Source: the human T2T-CHM13v2.0 reference genome, Homo sapiens
Strand: one strand, 5' to 3'
Assembly: GCF_009914755.1 (NCBI RefSeq)
Contig: NC_060947.1
DNA length: 64,000 nt
Positions 53,160-64,000 of this stretch are shown piece by piece. Each line of letters opens with the position of its first letter. Position 1 is the stretch's first letter. Under the pieces are notes generated by a model. That model was not told the DNA's origin, did no database searches, and worked only from the letters and a program-made list of their open reading frames with translations. The position numbers were made by a program, and so were the translations under genes.

Positions 53160-53637
53160 TAGTTTTCTAGACCTGGACTTACCGATTACCACAAACTGAG
53201 TGGCTTGAAACAACAGAAATTAATTATCTCGTAGTTCTGGAGGCTACAAACTCAAAGTCTGTGTCTCCAAGTTTTCACTCTTCCTCAAGGTTCTAGCTGA
53301 GAGTCCATTCCATGCCTATTTCTCCTAGTTTCTAATGGATTCCCACAATTCTTAGCATTTCTTGGCTCATAACCTCATCAAAGTACTCCACTCTCTGCCT
53401 CCATTTTTATATTGTCCTTTCCTCTATGTATGTGTTTCCTTTTTTTTTAATCCCATAAAGATCTTGTCATTGGGTGTAGAACCCACTGAGATAATCCAGG
53501 ATAAGCTCCTCACCTCTAAATATTTAATTTAATAACATATGCAATGACCCCTTTTCCCAGATAAGTTATCACTTACAAGTTCTAGGAATTAATATATGGG
53601 CATATCTTTTTGGTAGCCACCATTCAACCCACTACAG
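53160..53637 (-). mobile_element. MLT1 (B/C-like) solo LTR
   Basis: ttaccacaaactgagtggcttgaaacaacagaaatt..agttctggaggct..attcaacccactaca. Confidence 0.8.
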
Positions 53638-54109
53638 GCACTAAAATATTTTTAAGCAAGGCTGTTTGCCAAGACTGTTATATGACTGCCTTATTTAATA
53701 GAGGACAGTTAACATAAGAGAAGGCTGTCCTAATGGCTCAAACCTGTTACAGTGTAGCCTATAGATACAATAAAACAGCATGAGGTATGTAAGGCTCTTT
53801 GCTCCTACGGTGAATGCTTAAGGACTAAGATCGCTTCTTATGTTTGATTTTTGGAGTGTTTCTATCTTTTTAAAATTTTCATCAGCTGTAATTTCATGAT
53901 TCTGCATTAGCATCTACTTTCCTTTCCCTAATCTAATACTTCTAATTATTCTGTAATAACAATGCCTGCTAAAGGTATTTGTGAAACAGGAACCAATCAT
54001 TTTAGAATTATTTAAATATCGTGAGATATGGAAAAACAAAAACTAAACAAATTTTAACTAATGTAAATACTACATTCAGGTTCAGTAAGATAATTGTATA
54101 AGTTTGATA

Positions 54110-54620
54110 GGAAGATAGCTGGCTTGATAACAACTCATGTTTAAGGAATAGCTTTGAGTATGACAACTCTACAGTAATGTGGTTACCCATAAGCTAGCAA
54201 AATACTTAAGAATCTGGTATTCTTGTTCCACTTCATGTTAGATAAATTTGGATGTCACATTTAATAACAGACTTCAATAAATTCAAGTATCCAGAGAAAT
54301 GTGATCATAGTAAGGGGCTGAAAAGCAGGCTTAATGAAGAATATATGATAAAACCAATGTTGAATATCCTGCGAAGTGAAAACTTTGATGCTGGAGAAGG
54401 GGAGGGAAAAACATGCTTGCTGTTCTCATATTTTAAAAATGGCTGTCATGTGTAAGAGTGGAGGAAGCTAATTTTTTAGAAGGAAGAAATAAGATCAATA
54501 TCTGGAAGCTATGTGGAGATCGTTTTCAGCTTACAATATAAAACCAACATTTTTAAACAATGGGACAGCATTCTTATAGAAGAAAGTTATCTGTCACTGA
54601 AGAAGGTTTTATTGAGATTG
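54110..54620 (+). mobile_element. L3/CR1-like LINE relic
   Basis: gtcacatttaa..tatccagagaaatgtgatc..aggggctgaaaa..gctggagaagg..tattttaaaaatggctgtcatgtg follows the recalled L3 3' region. Confidence 0.55.
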
Positions 54621-54979
54621 GCTTTTATTTACTTTATGAAATAGATGATAGTTTGAAGAAAGTTTCCTGTTATGCAAAAAATACATATATAAGGGGTACT
54701 AGGTCTGTAAGGATTTTCAGTCAGTAGGATAGCCTGTGACCAAGGTGAAATATTTATTTAAATGCCAGAGGGATAACTCTGACTGAGGCCATGACCTTTG
54801 GCTTTCTAACTCTTCAATGAATATGCCTCTTTCCCCACCTGCATTTGTGTTTATTTTCCCTTCTTCCTCCCTCTTTTCTTCTGTGTCTGTATCTCTCTCC
54901 TTAGTCTATGGTTTAAGTCATCTGGGGCTTTCACTTTTATCTTTAACCTTCAGGTCTAAAGTAGGCACTGATATTTGAA

Positions 54980-55112
54980 ACAGAGATTGGTCCTACCCTT
55001 ACTGACCTGGTTACATTTCTTTCACTATTGGCTGTATGACATTAGGCAATTTTCCAAACTCGCTTGAGTTTTAGTTGTCTCCTCCCCTCAGTATAAAATA
55101 ATCTAAATAATA
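54980..55112 (-). mobile_element. MIR fragment
   Basis: cactattggctgtatgacattaggcaatt..tgagttttagtt. Confidence 0.5.
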
Positions 55113-55125
55113 CTTTTCCTCCTTT

Positions 55126-55174
55126 TTGTTGTTGTTGTTTTGTTGTGTGTGTGTGTGTATGTGTATGTGTGTGT
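55126..55174. repeat. (TTG)n + (TG)n microsatellite
   Basis: ttgttgttgttgttttgttgtgtgtgtgtgtgtatgtgtatgtgtgtgt. Confidence 0.9.
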
Positions 55175-55200
55175 AAAACATTAAAATCAGCATGTAAGGA

Positions 55201-55632
55201 TGTCTTAGTTTAGGCTGCTGTAACAAAATATTATAGACTGGGTAGCTTAAACAACAGACATTTCCTGGAGGCTATGGTACCCAAAATCAAGGTGCAGTAG
55301 ATTCAGTCTGGTGAAGGCCCACTCCTTGGTTTGCAGATAGCTGTCTTCTTATTGTATTCTCACATGGCAGGAGGGAAAAACCCCTGGTCTCCTCCTGAAT
55401 ATGTGTGTGTGTATATATATACGTGTGTATATATATATGTGTGCTTATATATACATATATATATGTGTGTGTGTATATATATATAACTAATCCCATCATG
55501 ATGGGGAAATACCCTCTTTACTTCATCTAAATCTAATTACCTCCCAAAGGCTTACCTCCAAATACCATCACATTGGAAATTCAAGTTGAAACAGAAGAAT
55601 TTTGAGGAAACATTAATAGTAAGCCTATAGCA
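55201..55632 (-). mobile_element. MLT1A/MST-type solo LTR containing a (TA/TG)n tract at ~55399-55484
   Basis: tgtcttagtttaggctgctgtaacaaaata..ctaattacctcccaaagg..ccaaataccatcacattgg..ctatagca. Confidence 0.85.
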
Positions 55633-55971
55633 AATGGCAAGACATTATTAGTGAGCACAGCTTTCAGACATGAGTAAGTTTTGAAAGTTTCAAAACTATT
55701 TTGATGAGAAACCTTCCCAAAGTATTTATATTTGTGTACGTGGGTAAGGCAGTGAATTTACCTTACTCATTATTCTTTCTAACATTCCACAAGCTGTTTC
55801 CATTGGAAATGCAAGGTAGTTCATTTTCTTTTTTCTGAGACAGAAACATTCTGGAAAAGCAAATAAAGTATCATGTTGAGGATGGAAAAACAATCTAATC
55901 CTTGGAAGGGTTGCCAACATGTCTTTTTAGCTGCTCGAGAATATGTGGATAGGTTTTCTGTCAGTTCACTC

Positions 55972-56258
<287 letters not shown>

Positions 56259-56366
56259 TAACTCTTAGGAATGAGAATATTCACAGTGACTTCTAGTGAA
56301 GCCCTCCATAAACACGATATAGTGCAACACTTTTAAACAGAAACAAACAAAAACACTACAGTAAAA

Positions 56367-61478
<5,112 letters not shown>

Positions 61479-61484
61479 GGGTCA

Positions 61485-62735
61485 AAAACTAGGTGCCTGT
61501 GGGTGGTGGTGGGGTGAGAAGAATGGTGGTGGCCCAAATGCCATGGGGACCCTTAGGGTTTGGAGGGCCCGAGAAGGTGGGTCTATGGATACAAATACAC
61601 CCACCTCTTTAGGCCATGGAGCCTTGGGGATCCAAGTCCTTGCATGACTGCTTTGTCCCAATTGGGCAAGACCTACATAGTCCTGATGACAAGGAACAAA
61701 GGAATTAATGGGCTAGGAAGGTGAGTGGACTCCCAGATGATCACAGGTAGAATGGTTAGCGGGCGGTTGAGTGGTGGGTCTTCATTCTACCAGACCTTTG
61801 TATTGTAAGAGAAAAGTTGTAGAATGGCATACCACATTTGGCCAGGTGGAAATGCTCCACCACTCTTTGCGAAGATTTACTGGCTGTTTATAGAAGGCCT
61901 GTGTATATAATATGTAAAAGTTGTTCTCAACTTTCACCTAAACCTTTTAAAAGAAAACATTTGCTACATCTACCTTTCTAGGGGTAAAGAGGTTGCTGAC
62001 GTATGATGAAGTAGAGTGAGAAAATCACGCATCTTGTAAATTCCCATTTTTTAAAAAGTCATAGAAAATAAATGTCTTCTGAGAATGAATTTTTGAAATG
62101 GCATTGTTAGACTACTTCTGAAAGTGACACCAGAAGTGACACATTGACATTTGTTCAGTGGACATGGAGCAGAAGACTTAAGGAGGAAGAGAAGGTGGTT
62201 CTATGCCAGACTGGTCATATTTAGAAGTCATTTTTATATCATAACCATTGTTTTTTGTGTGCATTTTATTCCTCACTACTGTATATATGATTGACAATGC
62301 TAAATACTTTTTTGAATTATCTATTTTTTCTAGATATCCTGAAGTGCCTTATATGTGTTAAAATTAGAGGTAGTAAAATAACATATTTTCCAATTACATT
62401 TTTGTTAAAATTTACATGAAATGTTGCTTTGTGGAGGAAATGACCAAACCACTTTTTGAGTAATACATATTAGGTTTGTGCACTAGTTCAGGGGAAGAGG
62501 AAGGAGGAGGAAGTGTACAGAGCTTCATGCCAGTGTGCTTACAGTAAGGTAAACATGGTAAACCCTGTCTCTACTAAAGATAAAAAAATTAGCCAGGTGT
62601 GGTGGTGGGTGCCTGTAATCCCAGTTACTCAGGAGGCTGAGGCAGGAGAATCACTTGAACCTGGGAGGCGGAGGTTGCACTGAACCAAGTTTGCACCACT
62701 GAACTCCAGCCTGGGCAACAGAGTGAGACTTGGTC

Positions 62736-62768
<33 letters not shown>

Positions 62769-64000
62769 AACCATTGTCCCTATGTCTGTGCGTTTTGTTT
62801 TACTTATTTGAGTAAATAGTATATATCAAGAAAAATCAAGTCCCAATTTACAACATTTTGTTTTTCCAGATGTTAAAGAGGTTGCCAGTGTAAGACAAAA
62901 GTAGATTAGTAAACTAAAATATTTTGTATATTTTGATTTAAAATTCCTAGGGAAAAAAATGTCTTCTGAAAATTTAAGCACTACTACCCACTGGGTTGAT
63001 GAAAATGGTAGGGTTTATAGGCTAGAATGTTCATATTTGTCAGACTCTTTCAAATTATAACTATTGTTGCATGTGTGCAGCTTATTCAAGAATGTTGGGT
63101 ATATAGTCGACAAGTTAACACCCTACCTGAAACATTTAGTCTGTCTAGATATTTAGAAGTGCCTGACATATATTAAATGTAGAGGTAGTAAAATATCACT
63201 TTGTAAATATATTTTTGTTAGAATTCATAGTAAGTATTGTCTTTTGGAATTGAAATTGTTAAACTGCCTCTGTGAGCAGTATAGTACCATCTATACTTGT
63301 TTAGAACAAACTGCAAAAGGTAACATACAGGCGTGTTCATATTTAGATATTTTCAGACACCATTTTCCAGTATGTTTTGTGCATTTTGTTTTGCTCATGC
63401 TTATAGTATATATAACTGATGAATGAGTCCTAAACTTGCAATATCTAGTCTCTAGATGTTAAGGAGTTTGCCACTGTATGACAAAGGACTTAGTAAAATC
63501 AGCACATTTTGTGCATTTTGTGTTGAAATTCATAGGAGAGCTTGTCCTCCGTAAGTGACTTTTGGATATGAATTTGTTCAACAACCCCTAAGCTTGTACT
63601 TGTCCACTGGAATGAAGACAGAAAGAAGTGAAGAGGGAATGGCTCAAGGCCAAAATGGTCATATTTAGAAGACACCTCAGATTATAACCATTGTTCAATG
63701 CGTGTAGTTTTACAGTGCTGTGTACATAGTGGACAAGTCAATGTGAAATATCTATCCATTTTAGATATTTAGAAGTGCTTGTTGTATTTAAATTAGAAGT
63801 AGTAAGATAACACTTTTTGTAAACAGCTTTTAAAGACTGATGGGAAATATTCTGTTTGAAAGTGGAATTGTTAAACCAACCGTGTGAACAGTGTATATTC
63901 TCTGTACTTGTTCACTGCCTTGAGGGAGGTGGGAGGAAATATATTCGAAAGTGTGTTTTGCTGGAGTGTACTAGAAAATTTAAGTTTATCCATCACCCTG
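61485..64000 (+). pseudogene. NORAD: Retrocopy (pseudogene) of lncRNA NORAD/LINC00657, 5'-truncated, continues past window end
   Basis: Collinear with the recalled NORAD transcript: cctctttaggcca..cattgggcaagaccta..ggtcttcattctaccagac..gaagatttactggc..gaaggcctgtgtatataatatg; CpGs decayed to TpG; ~300-nt repeat units; TGTANATA motifs. This is a copy, not the parent locus. Confidence 0.9.
62552..62765 (+). mobile_element. 5'-truncated AluS inside the NORAD copy
   Basis: Starts at aacatggtaaaccctgtctc; has linker, right monomer and a ~28-nt pure poly-A. Confidence 0.93.

Noticed and set aside
61975-63900. Spaced repeats resembling a CRISPR array
   Set aside because: Degenerate ~300-nt units in primate DNA, explained by NORAD structure; no cas genes.

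Overview
Primate (human/great-ape-like) AT-rich intergenic or intronic DNA with no intact protein-coding gene. By my coordinates about three quarters is LINE-1 of many ages, often nested: old L1MB/MC and L1MA/PB types, L1PA15/16, L1PA8, two L1PA7 and two L1PA3-like copies. It also holds five Alus, a complete THE1 (MaLR) provirus with a 5-bp TSD, MLT1 solo LTRs and MIR/L2/L3/MER5A relics. Nearly all long ORFs in the track are broken L1 ORF1/ORF2 pieces or their antisense shadows. The one clear non-transposon element is a 5'-truncated retrocopy of the lncRNA NORAD (LINC00657) from ~61,485 past the window end; it keeps the NORAD repeat units and four intact PUMILIO elements. Other points of interest: two pairs of neighbouring L1s share non-consensus substitutions (local conversion, local copying or a common source), a full-length L1PA3 retains the 129-bp ZNF93-bound segment, there are two twin-priming inversions and several insertion-linked deletions, and a double-hairpin templated insertion. 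Subfamily names come from recalled consensus motifs, not a RepeatMasker run; boundaries of old repeats are approximate.
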